The notes under the pieces: generated by a model | The model's input: only the letters and a program-made list of their open reading frames with translations | The model's database searches: none | Told to the model about the DNA's origin: nothing | Shown: in pieces, positions 5,531-12,679 of the stretch | Layout: each line of letters opens with the position of its first letter | How positions within the stretch are numbered: the first letter of the stretch is position 1 | Assembly (NCBI GenBank): GCA_036351155.1 | Contig: JAZBOO010000114.1 | Span: 1 to 12,710, forward strand | DNA: 12,710 nt | Source of the DNA: Candidatus Krumholzibacteriia bacterium | Lineage (GTDB): Bacteria > Krumholzibacteriota > Krumholzibacteriia > LZORAL124-64-63 | Direction of reading: 5' to 3' | Program-made: the position numbers and the translations under genes

Positions 5531-7851
5531 CCCCCGGTGGCGCGGGCCCCATGCGCCGGCGCCTGCTGGTGGGAGGTATTGTCCAGGGCGTGGGGTTCCG
5601 TCCCTTCGTGTTCAACCTGGCCGAAAGCCTGGAGCTGAAGGGGCTGGTCACCAACACCAGCGAGGGCGTCATCATCGAGATCCAGGGCCCCGCGCCTACT
5701 CTTGATCTGTTCGAGGCCCGACTTCAGGAGCAAGCCCCGCCCCTGGCCGACATCCGGTCGGTGGAAACTGCAGAAATGCCCCTGGTGGAGGGGGCCGGCC
5801 CCTTCATCATCGCGCCCTCGGAAAACCGGCCCGGCACCCGCACCCTCATTCCCCCCGATGTGACCACCTGCAATGACTGCCGGCGCGAAATCCTCGACCC
5901 GAACAACCGCCGCCACGGCTACCCCTTCACCAACTGCACCAGCTGTGGCCCGCGCTGGACCATCATCGGCCGCATTCCCTACGACCGGCCCTTCACCAGC
6001 ATGGCCGCGTTCACCATGTGCCCGGCTTGCCAGGCCGAGTACGACAACCCGCGCGACCGCCGCTTCCACGCCCAGCCCAACGCCTGCCCGGTGTGTGGGC
6101 CCCGGGTTTGGTGGGAGAGTCCTGATGATCACCTGGATGAGGACGTGCTCCCTCTGGTGGCCCGGCAGCTGGCCGCCGGGAAGATCGCCGCGATCAAGGG
6201 ACTGGGCGGTTTCCATCTGGCGGTCCGGGCCGATTCCGAGGAGGCGGTGGCGCGGTTGCGGCAGCGCAAGAATCGTGAAGCCAAGCCCCTGGCCATCATG
6301 GTGGCCGACCTGGGCCAGGCCGAGGTGGTGGCTCACGTCTCTAAAGAGGAGGCGGAGTTGCTGGAGGCCCCGGCCTCACCCATCGTCCTGCTGGAGAAGC
6401 GCGCGGAGACCATCCTGACCCCCGGCGTTTGCCAGGGCCATCGCCGGGTGGGCGTCATGCTGCCCTACACCCCCCTGCACATTCTGTTGATGGACGCACT
6501 GGCCAAGCTGGGCGTGAACGCCCTGGTGATGACCAGCGGCAACGCCAGCGATGAACCCATCTGCCTGAGCAACGATGAGGCGCGCACCCGCCTGGCCCAC
6601 ATTGCCGACGGGTGGTTGCTACATGATCGGGACATCCTGCGGCGGGCTGACGACTCGGTGGTGCAATGGCTGCCCTGCGGCCCTCTGTTTTTCCGGCGCA
6701 GCCGGGGATTTGCCCCGGTGCCGGTGCCCTTGAGCAAACCGCTTGACCAGGGTCCCGCAGTGCTGGCCGTGGGCCCCGAACTGAAGAACACCATCTGCCT
6801 GTTGAAGGAAGACCAGGCCTTCCTCAGTCCCCACATCGGCGATCTGCAAAACCTGGAGGCCCACGGCTTTTTCCGGGAAACGGTGGACACCCTGCAGGCC
6901 GTGCTGGAATGCCGGCCCGAGGTGGTGGCGCATGATGTGCATCCGGGTTATTCCAGCACGGTTTTTGCCCGGAAGTTGTCCGGGGTGCAGCGCGTCGAGG
7001 TGCAGCATCACCATGCCCATCTGGCGGCGGTCATGGCCGAGATGCACCTGGATGAACCGGCCATCGGTCTGATCCTGGACGGCACCGGCTACGGCACCGA
7101 CGGGACCATCTGGGGCGGTGAGGTGCTGGTGGGAGATTGCGCCGGGTTCACTCGTTTTGCCCACCTGGACCCCGTGCCCTTGCCTGGTGGCGATGCGGCG
7201 ATCAAGGCTCCGTGGCGTACGGCGGTCAGCTATCTGCGGCATGCGCTCGGCAACGACCAGGCCGACTGGCCCCCGCTGCCCCTCCTGACCGACAAGCCCG
7301 TGGCTCCCCTGCTGGAAATCCTGGACAAAGGGTTGAACAGTCCGCTGACCAGCAGCTGCGGCCGGCTGTTCGATGCCGTGGCGGCCATGACCGGCCACTG
7401 GCCCGAGGTGCACTACGAGGCCCAGGCCGCCATCGAGCTCATGGCCCTGACCACCCTGGAGGAGGTGGAGGAGGCCGAGCCCCTGGCCATCTTCCACCTC
7501 GACGAGCTGCCCCACGGACCGCTGGTTTTGCCGGTGGACGGAATCATTCGCGGGACGGCCCACGCGGTGCTGGACGGGGAAAGCCCGGCCGCAATCAGCG
7601 CCCGTTTCCACCGCACCCTGCTCGACCTTCTGATGCAGGTGACCCTGGTGGCCCACCGCGACACCGGCTGCGAGGACGTGGTGCTGGCCGGGGGCGTGTT
7701 CCAGAACGAATTGCTGGTGCAGGGGATGTGGCTGGCCTTGCGAGACTTTGACCTGCGCCCCTGGCGCTCACTGCAGTGTCCCCCGAACGACGGTGCCGTG
7801 GCGCTGGGTCAAGCAGCGGTGGCGAGGGCGCGCTGGTTGCAAAAACCCTGA
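5527..7851 (+). CDS. hypF: [NiFe]-hydrogenase maturation carbamoyltransferase HypF
   Basis: Acylphosphatase domain 'GIVQGVGFRPFV', two zinc fingers (four CxxC), YrdC-like 'KGLGGFHLA' and 'TSGN', Kae1-like 'QHHHAH', 'DGTGYGTDG', 'TSSCGRLFDA', 'GGVFQN', 'PPNDGAVALGQ'. The start is at the ATGA overlap with the hypB stop (5527) or at ATG 5551. Confidence 0.97.
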   Translation: MTPGGAGPMRRRLLVGGIVQGVGFRPFVFNLAESLELKGLVTNTSEGVIIEIQGPAPTLDLFEARLQEQAPPLADIRSVETAEMPLVEGAGPFIIAPSENRPGTRTLIPPDVTTCNDCRREILDPNNRRHGYPFTNCTSCGPRWTIIGRIPYDRPFTSMAAFTMCPACQAEYDNPRDRRFHAQPNACPVCGPRVWWESPDDHLDEDVLPLVARQLAAGKIAAIKGLGGFHLAVRADSEEAVARLRQRKNREAKPLAIMVADLGQAEVVAHVSKEEAELLEAPASPIVLLEKRAETILTPGVCQGHRRVGVMLPYTPLHILLMDALAKLGVNALVMTSGNASDEPICLSNDEARTRLAHIADGWLLHDRDILRRADDSVVQWLPCGPLFFRRSRGFAPVPVPLSKPLDQGPAVLAVGPELKNTICLLKEDQAFLSPHIGDLQNLEAHGFFRETVDTLQAVLECRPEVVAHDVHPGYSSTVFARKLSGVQRVEVQHHHAHLAAVMAEMHLDEPAIGLILDGTGYGTDGTIWGGEVLVGDCAGFTRFAHLDPVPLPGGDAAIKAPWRTAVSYLRHALGNDQADWPPLPLLTDKPVAPLLEILDKGLNSPLTSSCGRLFDAVAAMTGHWPEVHYEAQAAIELMALTTLEEVEEAEPLAIFHLDELPHGPLVLPVDGIIRGTAHAVLDGESPAAISARFHRTLLDLLMQVTLVAHRDTGCEDVVLAGGVFQNELLVQGMWLALRDFDLRPWRSLQCPPNDGAVALGQAAVARARWLQKP

Positions 7852-7894
7852 CCCGCGGCGAGCGGTCCGGCCCAACTTTGATTATTTCATGACC

Positions 7895-7909
7895 TGAAAA
7901 TCATTCTCA
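7895..7909. promoter_or_regulatory. Fur-box-like site upstream of the ferredoxin
   Basis: TGAAAAT-C-ATTCTCA matches the 7-1-7 Fur consensus TGATAAT-N-ATTATCA at 12 of 14 positions, in an AT-rich intergenic patch. Confidence 0.5.
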
Positions 7910-7934
7910 ATCACTCTGGTTTCAGGAGAGTTTC

Positions 7935-8231
7935 ATGATCAAGTTTCCCTCCCCCTTCGGCACCGCCCTGTTCGTGTGTACCCACAAGCGCCCCGACGGC
8001 CACCCCAAGCCCTGCTGCGCCGACCGCGGCGGCCCCGCCCTGCGCGAAGAACTGCGGGAAATGGTCAAGGCCGAAGGTCTGGAAATGGAAGTGAAGGTCT
8101 TTGCCAGCGGGTGCATCGGCGCCTGCGAGCGGGGCCCTGTGGCTCTGCAGTACCCCAAGGGCGACCTGATGATGGGCGTGACCAAGGAAGACTTGCCCGC
8201 CATCTTTGCCGAGCTGAAGAACAAGGGCTAG
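7935..8231 (+). CDS. Thioredoxin-like [2Fe-2S] ferredoxin
   Basis: 98 aa with 'LFVCTHKRPDGHPKPCC' (Cx12C) and 'GCIGACERGP' (Cx3C), followed by 'YPKG'. AGGAG RBS upstream. Confidence 0.92.
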   Translation: MIKFPSPFGTALFVCTHKRPDGHPKPCCADRGGPALREELREMVKAEGLEMEVKVFASGCIGACERGPVALQYPKGDLMMGVTKEDLPAIFAELKNKG

Positions 8232-8734
8232 CCCTCCAGGTAGCTCTGGAACCTTTCGACCAGGAAATGCCGCCAGGTTTTCTCGATGACCTCGGGCCAT
8301 CCCTCCTGGACCTCCCCGGCTCCGTGCACGTTGACCGTCACCTGGGTGCGGCCTTCGTCCGCCGGCTCGAAGGTCCAGGTGGTCACCATGTGCAAGGCAA
8401 ATCCGGCCAGACCAAGCGGCCCCTCGTACCGTAGCATCTTGCCGCGCTCGGCCCCCGTGACGACGGCGTGGCGCACCCCGTCTCCCCCCTCGTTGAAAAC
8501 TTCCATGAACGCGCCGCCGGGCCGCGGCTCCACGTACAGCTTCCAGGGATCGCCGGACATGGTGTGATCCCACCACGCGGAGATGTCGCCCGTCGCGGCA
8601 TCGAACACCTCGGTGGGCGTGCCCTTCACATCGGCGGTCAGGCTGAAGGAGAAGGCGCCGTACGGCTCGGTGGATACTTCCGCTTGCGCCGCTCCACCCA
8701 GGACGACGAACAGCAACATCGCGATTCTCATCAT
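8228..8734 (-). CDS. SRPBCC (START/AHSA1-like) domain protein with signal peptide
   Basis: Signal peptide (AQA|E), 'PTEVFDA...ISAWW', 'EPRPGGAF', and a C-terminal helix with 'WRHFL'. The start overlaps the upstream peptidase stop (ATGA). Confidence 0.85.
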   Translation of the reverse strand: MMRIAMLLFVVLGGAAQAEVSTEPYGAFSFSLTADVKGTPTEVFDAATGDISAWWDHTMSGDPWKLYVEPRPGGAFMEVFNEGGDGVRHAVVTGAERGKMLRYEGPLGLAGFALHMVTTWTFEPADEGRTQVTVNVHGAGEVQEGWPEVIEKTWRHFLVERFQSYLEG

Positions 8735-10590
8735 GGCATCAGTTCCTCGCGCTGGTAGCGGCCATCGGCCACCGCGGCCGCGGTCCGGTAGGCCACCCGG
8801 GTCAAGGTGGTGAACAGCTCGGGATTCAGGGTGTCGATGGTGTCACTGGTGCGGTGCAGATGCGTGTAGCTGTACTTCGAAGTGAAGTACAGCGAGGGCA
8901 ATCCGAGCTGGTGGAAAGGCGCGGCATCGGCGCCGCCGCCACGGCCGGTTCGCATGGCCAGCAGGCCTGCATCGGCCGCATCGAAACTCCTGGCCAGGTC
9001 CCACAAGGAGGGGGACGTCTTGCCGCCCCAGATCTGAATGCTGTCCCCGTGCGCCACGCAGTCCAGATTGAACATGGCCACGGCCTTGTTCAAGGGCAGG
9101 GCCGGGTTCTCCGCGTAGTATTGACTGCCGATCAAACCCTGTTCCTCTCCGGTGAACAGGACAAACACCACGCTGCGGCGGGGCTGGGTGCCCGAGCGCA
9201 CGAAGGCTTCGGCCATTTCCACCACCGCGGCGCTGCCCGAGGCGTTGTCGTTCGCCCCGGGAAACAGGGCGGTGCCCGCCTGGGCGCCCACATGATCCAG
9301 GTGGGCCCCAATGACCAGGTGCTCGTGTTTCAAAAGGGGATCGGTGCCCGGCAGGATGGCCACCACGTTGGCCGTGTCAGCTTCCTTGCGATAACGATTG
9401 GACACGGTGATCTGGACCGACTGATTGAGCTCGCGGGATTGCGGATCCTTGCCCTGGTCGATGCGGGTCTGCAGGTCCGACAGCGTCAGTCCGGTGTGCC
9501 CCAGCAGCGCCCCGGCCACCTCGTGGCTGATCTGCAGCTGGGGAATGTCCACCTGCTCGCCCTCGCCGTGCATCATGCTGCTGATCAGGGGCTGGGGTCG
9601 CTCGTCGTTGGGCCGCGACACCATCAACACGGCCACCGCGCCGTGGTCCAGCGCCGCCTGGGCCTTGGGTCGGGGATAGCTCCAGGCGCCCCAGCCTTCA
9701 TCATCGATCTGCCACCGGGGACTTTGCTTGAAAACCAGGACCACCTTGCCCTCGACGTCGATGTCTCCGTAGTCGTCATAGCCACGTTCCGGCTCGGAAA
9801 TGCCATAGCCACAGAACACCACCGGCGCGTCCACCTGTCCCGACCCGGAGAATCCTCGGAACAGATAGTCCTCGTCCAGGGTGGCGGTCACCCGTTCGTG
9901 GTCCCCGTTCTCGTAGGTGAACACGCACCCCGGAAGAATGGTGTTGGCCTCGATGGTCAGCGTCTGGAAGTAGCGGTCATCGCCCCCCGGCTGCAAGCCC
10001 AGGTCGGCGAAGTGAGCCGCCATGCGCCTGGCTGCCAGGTCGTAACCCGAGGTCCCGGGCAAGCGGCCGGCACACGCCGGGTCGGCCAGCTCCTGGATTT
10101 TCTCCATGAGTCCCTGACGATCGATGGACGCCCCCTGATCGAGCGGGACCGAAGCGCCACTTGAAGTATGATCCGCCACGATCTTCCAGCCCGCGTCCAG
10201 ACGCTTGAGGTGCAAGGTGAACAGTCCCTGGGGCTGATCATCCTGACGCGTCAATTGCCAGCGACCAAACACCAGGGCATCCTTGCCGCTCAGCAGGTCC
10301 ACCTGCATCTCCGAGAAGCGCAACTGTCCCATGGCTGCCCGGTCGGGATAGCTGGCCTGATAGTTCTTCAGCACCTGTTCCCAGCCGTAGCTGACCCGGG
10401 CACCGCCGGCGAACCGCAGCTCCGGCGATTGCCAGTAGCTCCCCAGGTAGGCCTCGAGATCGCCCGCGTTCCATCCGTCCTGGGCCTTCTGCATGACCGC
10501 CAGGATATCTCGGGTGTCGGGGCTATCCACGGCCTGACAGGCCGCCAGGGTCAGGACCAATAGCAGCAGGGGCAGCAAGAACCGGGACAT
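8731..10590 (-). CDS. Lipoprotein M28-family metallopeptidase with PA domain and N-terminal NTF2-like (DUF4440/YybH) domain
   Basis: Start ATG 10590 with a GAGGAG RBS. Lipobox LAA-C. NTF2-like segment 'WNAGDLEAYL...GWKIVADHTS'. PA domain 'VVFCGYGI...DDYGDIDVEGKVVL'. M28 metal ligands 'GAHLDH', 'GANDNASG', 'GEEQGLIGS', 'NLD', 'HRTSDT'. Confidence 0.93.
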   Translation of the reverse strand: MSRFLLPLLLLVLTLAACQAVDSPDTRDILAVMQKAQDGWNAGDLEAYLGSYWQSPELRFAGGARVSYGWEQVLKNYQASYPDRAAMGQLRFSEMQVDLLSGKDALVFGRWQLTRQDDQPQGLFTLHLKRLDAGWKIVADHTSSGASVPLDQGASIDRQGLMEKIQELADPACAGRLPGTSGYDLAARRMAAHFADLGLQPGGDDRYFQTLTIEANTILPGCVFTYENGDHERVTATLDEDYLFRGFSGSGQVDAPVVFCGYGISEPERGYDDYGDIDVEGKVVLVFKQSPRWQIDDEGWGAWSYPRPKAQAALDHGAVAVLMVSRPNDERPQPLISSMMHGEGEQVDIPQLQISHEVAGALLGHTGLTLSDLQTRIDQGKDPQSRELNQSVQITVSNRYRKEADTANVVAILPGTDPLLKHEHLVIGAHLDHVGAQAGTALFPGANDNASGSAAVVEMAEAFVRSGTQPRRSVVFVLFTGEEQGLIGSQYYAENPALPLNKAVAMFNLDCVAHGDSIQIWGGKTSPSLWDLARSFDAADAGLLAMRTGRGGGADAAPFHQLGLPSLYFTSKYSYTHLHRTSDTIDTLNPELFTTLTRVAYRTAAAVADGRYQREELMP

Positions 10591-10618
10591 GATGTCAATC
10601 TCCTCATCGGTGATGGGC

Positions 10619-10649
10619 AAAAGAAAAGGGCCCATGTCCATGGGCCCTT
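10619..10649 (-). terminator. Rho-independent terminator after the CHRD gene
   Basis: On the - strand the sequence reads AAGGGCCCAT-ggac-ATGGGCCCTT followed by TTCTTTT. Confidence 0.85.
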
Positions 10650-10688
10650 GACGCTGAGCGATGCCAGCAATCATCGAGATGGAAGGTC

Positions 10689-11174
10689 CTACCTGAACAG
10701 AGCCTTCACTTGACCCAGGCTGGTCTCTTCATCGGACACGATGGTCAGCGTGAAGTTACCACGGATCTCCCCGTTGGGGAACATTTCGGAGTCCGAAAAC
10801 ACCACGATATAGAGTTCATCGGCCATCAGGGCATCGGCGATTTCCGGAGTCACAGCCCACATACCGGACTGGGGATTGCCCACGGGCAGGGACATGACTT
10901 CGGTGCCGTTGGTGCCCGGGGCTCCGATGAAGAAGGCCGCACCGGTCTGGGCAGCGTCCAGGCCGGCGAAATTCAGAGTGTAGGCAATCTCGGTTTCGGC
11001 ATTGTTCAGAACAAGAACGGCATGGCCGAAGGCCGTGGAACCGGAGGCCGGGGCCACCTGGTCCTCGGTCAGATTGCATTCAAAGACCGAATCGGCCAAG
11101 GCAGGAACGGCGAAAAGCAGGGTGGCGAGGGCCCCGATCAGGAGCAATCGACGGGTGTTTAGCAAAGTGGCCAT
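10689..11174 (-). CDS. Exported CHRD-domain protein with short C-terminal tail
   Basis: Signal peptide (ALA|D) and CHRD pattern 'LTEDQVAP..GSTAFG.A.L.L...IAYTLNFAGL...GAPGTNG...LYIVVFS..FPNGEIRG'. GGAGG RBS upstream. Ends with 'VSDEETSLGQVKALFR'. Confidence 0.88.
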   Translation of the reverse strand: MATLLNTRRLLLIGALATLLFAVPALADSVFECNLTEDQVAPASGSTAFGHAVLVLNNAETEIAYTLNFAGLDAAQTGAAFFIGAPGTNGTEVMSLPVGNPQSGMWAVTPEIADALMADELYIVVFSDSEMFPNGEIRGNFTLTIVSDEETSLGQVKALFR

Positions 11175-11220
11175 GAGCTATCCTCCAGAGGAAAATTTAA
11201 AATACAGTCCTAGGGCGCAA

Positions 11221-11229
11221 ATTATAGCA
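11221..11229 (-). promoter_or_regulatory. Extended -10 promoter element for the CHRD gene
   Basis: The - strand reads TGCTATAAT (TGn + perfect TATAAT) about 46 nt upstream of the start codon. Confidence 0.6.
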
Positions 11230-11291
11230 TAGATCCGAGTCGAAATGTTGCGCTTTGACAAAAATTCTTGCCCCCTCCCTGCGGCAGGAAC

Positions 11292-11311
11292 TGGAATGAT
11301 AATCATTTTCC
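11292..11311. promoter_or_regulatory. Fur-box-like site in the divergent intergenic region
   Basis: TGGAATGATAATCATTTTC matches the 19-bp Fur consensus GATAATGATAATCATTATC at 15 of 19 positions. Confidence 0.5.
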
Positions 11312-11336
11312 ACGGGGCCGCACCCAGCGATTATGG

Positions 11337-11364
11337 TTGACAAGGTTTCCCGGTCATGTATGAT
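11337..11364 (+). promoter_or_regulatory. Sigma70-type promoter of the regulator-SDR operon
   Basis: Perfect TTGACA (11337-11342), 16-nt spacer, TATGAT (11359-11364). Confidence 0.7.
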
Positions 11365-11365
11365 A

Positions 11366-11385
11366 CGTTTGAAACTTTTCAAACG
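11366..11385. promoter_or_regulatory. Palindromic operator over the predicted transcription start
   Basis: CGTTTGAAA-CT-TTTCAAACG is a perfect 9-bp inverted repeat lying between the -10 box and the RBS. Confidence 0.75.
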
Positions 11386-11394
11386 GAGAAAACA

Positions 11395-11922
11395 TTGCCT
11401 CAAAAAACCGGCAAAAAGGGCAAAACTGCCCCCTCCACCTCCCCCAGTGACCCCTCACTGTCCTTGAAGCAGGAATTTATCCAGGATTATGGGCATGGTT
11501 ACCAGACCTTCGGCCTGCCCCGGCTCATGGGAAAAGTCGTGGGCCTCCTGCTATACAATGGCGACCCTCTCAGCCTGGACGACATCACCACCGAGCTTCA
11601 CGTCAGCAAAGGGCCGGTCAGCCAGATCATGCGCCGCCTGCGCGACCACCATCTGGTCCGACGCATCTGGGTGCCCGGGAGCCGACGCGATTATTACCAG
11701 GCCGAACCCGACATTTTCGGACAGGCCTTTGCCAACCACGCCGGGCTGCAAAACCAGAATCTTGCTCTGGCCCGCAAGTACACCCAGCGGATCCAAGAAA
11801 CCGGCGAGGAACTGCCCGCCTCCTTCAGCGAACGCATGAAGGAAATGGACCGTTTCTACACCTTGATGAACAAGCATTTCGGGAATTTCCTGGACGAGTG
11901 GAACCGCTCGCGGGAAGCCTAA
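11395..11922 (+). CDS. GbsR/MarR-family winged-helix transcriptional regulator
   Basis: 'FGLPRLMGKVVGLLL...PLSLDDITTELHVSKGPVSQIMRRL...LVRRIWVPGSRRDYY' is the GbsR-type wHTH pattern. The start is revised to in-frame TTG 11395 (GGAG RBS at 11385-11388) because ATG 11356 lies inside the promoter. Confidence 0.9.
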   Translation: MPQKTGKKGKTAPSTSPSDPSLSLKQEFIQDYGHGYQTFGLPRLMGKVVGLLLYNGDPLSLDDITTELHVSKGPVSQIMRRLRDHHLVRRIWVPGSRRDYYQAEPDIFGQAFANHAGLQNQNLALARKYTQRIQETGEELPASFSERMKEMDRFYTLMNKHFGNFLDEWNRSREA

Positions 11923-11935
11923 CCAGGAGGAAGTC

Positions 11936-12679
11936 ATGAATCGTCTGCAAGACAAAGTTGCCATCGTGACCGGAGGATCGGCCGGTCTGGGCAAGGCCAC
12001 CGTGGAGCTGTTCGCCGCCGAGGGCGCGGCCGTGTCCATCTGGGATGTCAATGATACCGCCGGCCAGGCCCTGGCCAAGGAAATGACCGCAGCCGGCCAC
12101 CGCGTCGAGTACCGACAGATCGACGTCAGCGACAACGCCGCCGTGGGCGCGGCCGTCCAGTCGGTGGTCGACAACTTCGGGCGCCTGGACATCCTGATCA
12201 ACAACGCGGGCATCACCCGCGACGCCACCCTCCTGAAGATGGAAGAAAGCCAGTTCGACCAGGTGATCGACGTGAACCTGAAGGGCGTGTTCAACTGTGG
12301 CCAGGCAGCTGCACGGGTCATGGCCGCGCAGGGATCGGGCAGCATCGTCAACACCAGCAGCGTGGTGGCCCTGTACGGCAACTTCGGACAGAGCAACTAC
12401 GTGGCCACCAAGGCCGGCGTGATTGGCATGACCAGGGTCTGGGCCCGGGAACTGGGCCGCAAGGGCGTGCGGGTGAACGCCGTGGCCCCCGGCTTCATCG
12501 CCACCGAGATGGTCATGGCCATGCCGGAAAAGGTGCGGGACATGATGGCCGAGAAAACCCCCATGCAGCGTCTGGGGCAGCCCCTCGAGATTGCGCGGGC
12601 CTATCTGTTCCTGGCTTCGGACGAGGCCGCCTTCGTCCACGGGGCCGTGCTGAGCGTGGACGGGGGGCTGGTGTCCTGA
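11936..12679 (+). CDS. fabG: Short-chain dehydrogenase/reductase, 3-oxoacyl-ACP reductase (FabG)-like
   Basis: TGxxxGxG (TGGSAGLG), 'NNAGITRD', catalytic Ser and YxxxK (NFGQSNYVATK), 'VAPGFIATEM', 'VDGG'. AGGAGG RBS upstream. The exact substrate cannot be determined from sequence. Confidence 0.85.
   Translation: MNRLQDKVAIVTGGSAGLGKATVELFAAEGAAVSIWDVNDTAGQALAKEMTAAGHRVEYRQIDVSDNAAVGAAVQSVVDNFGRLDILINNAGITRDATLLKMEESQFDQVIDVNLKGVFNCGQAAARVMAAQGSGSIVNTSSVVALYGNFGQSNYVATKAGVIGMTRVWARELGRKGVRVNAVAPGFIATEMVMAMPEKVRDMMAEKTPMQRLGQPLEIARAYLFLASDEAAFVHGAVLSVDGGLVS

Noticed and set aside
4894..6336. Long antisense ORFs (480 aa here; also 8854-10164, 6619-7656, 2550-3392, 3546-4406, 11551-12396, 11825-12640)
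   Set aside because: These are shadow frames of well-supported genes, expected in high-GC DNA, and show no protein motifs.
10591..10674. N-terminal extension of the M28 peptidase ORF
   Set aside because: It runs through a terminator hairpin. ATG 10590 has an RBS and begins the lipoprotein signal.
11255..11260. Additional perfect TTGACA
   Set aside because: No -10-like hexamer 16-18 nt downstream.
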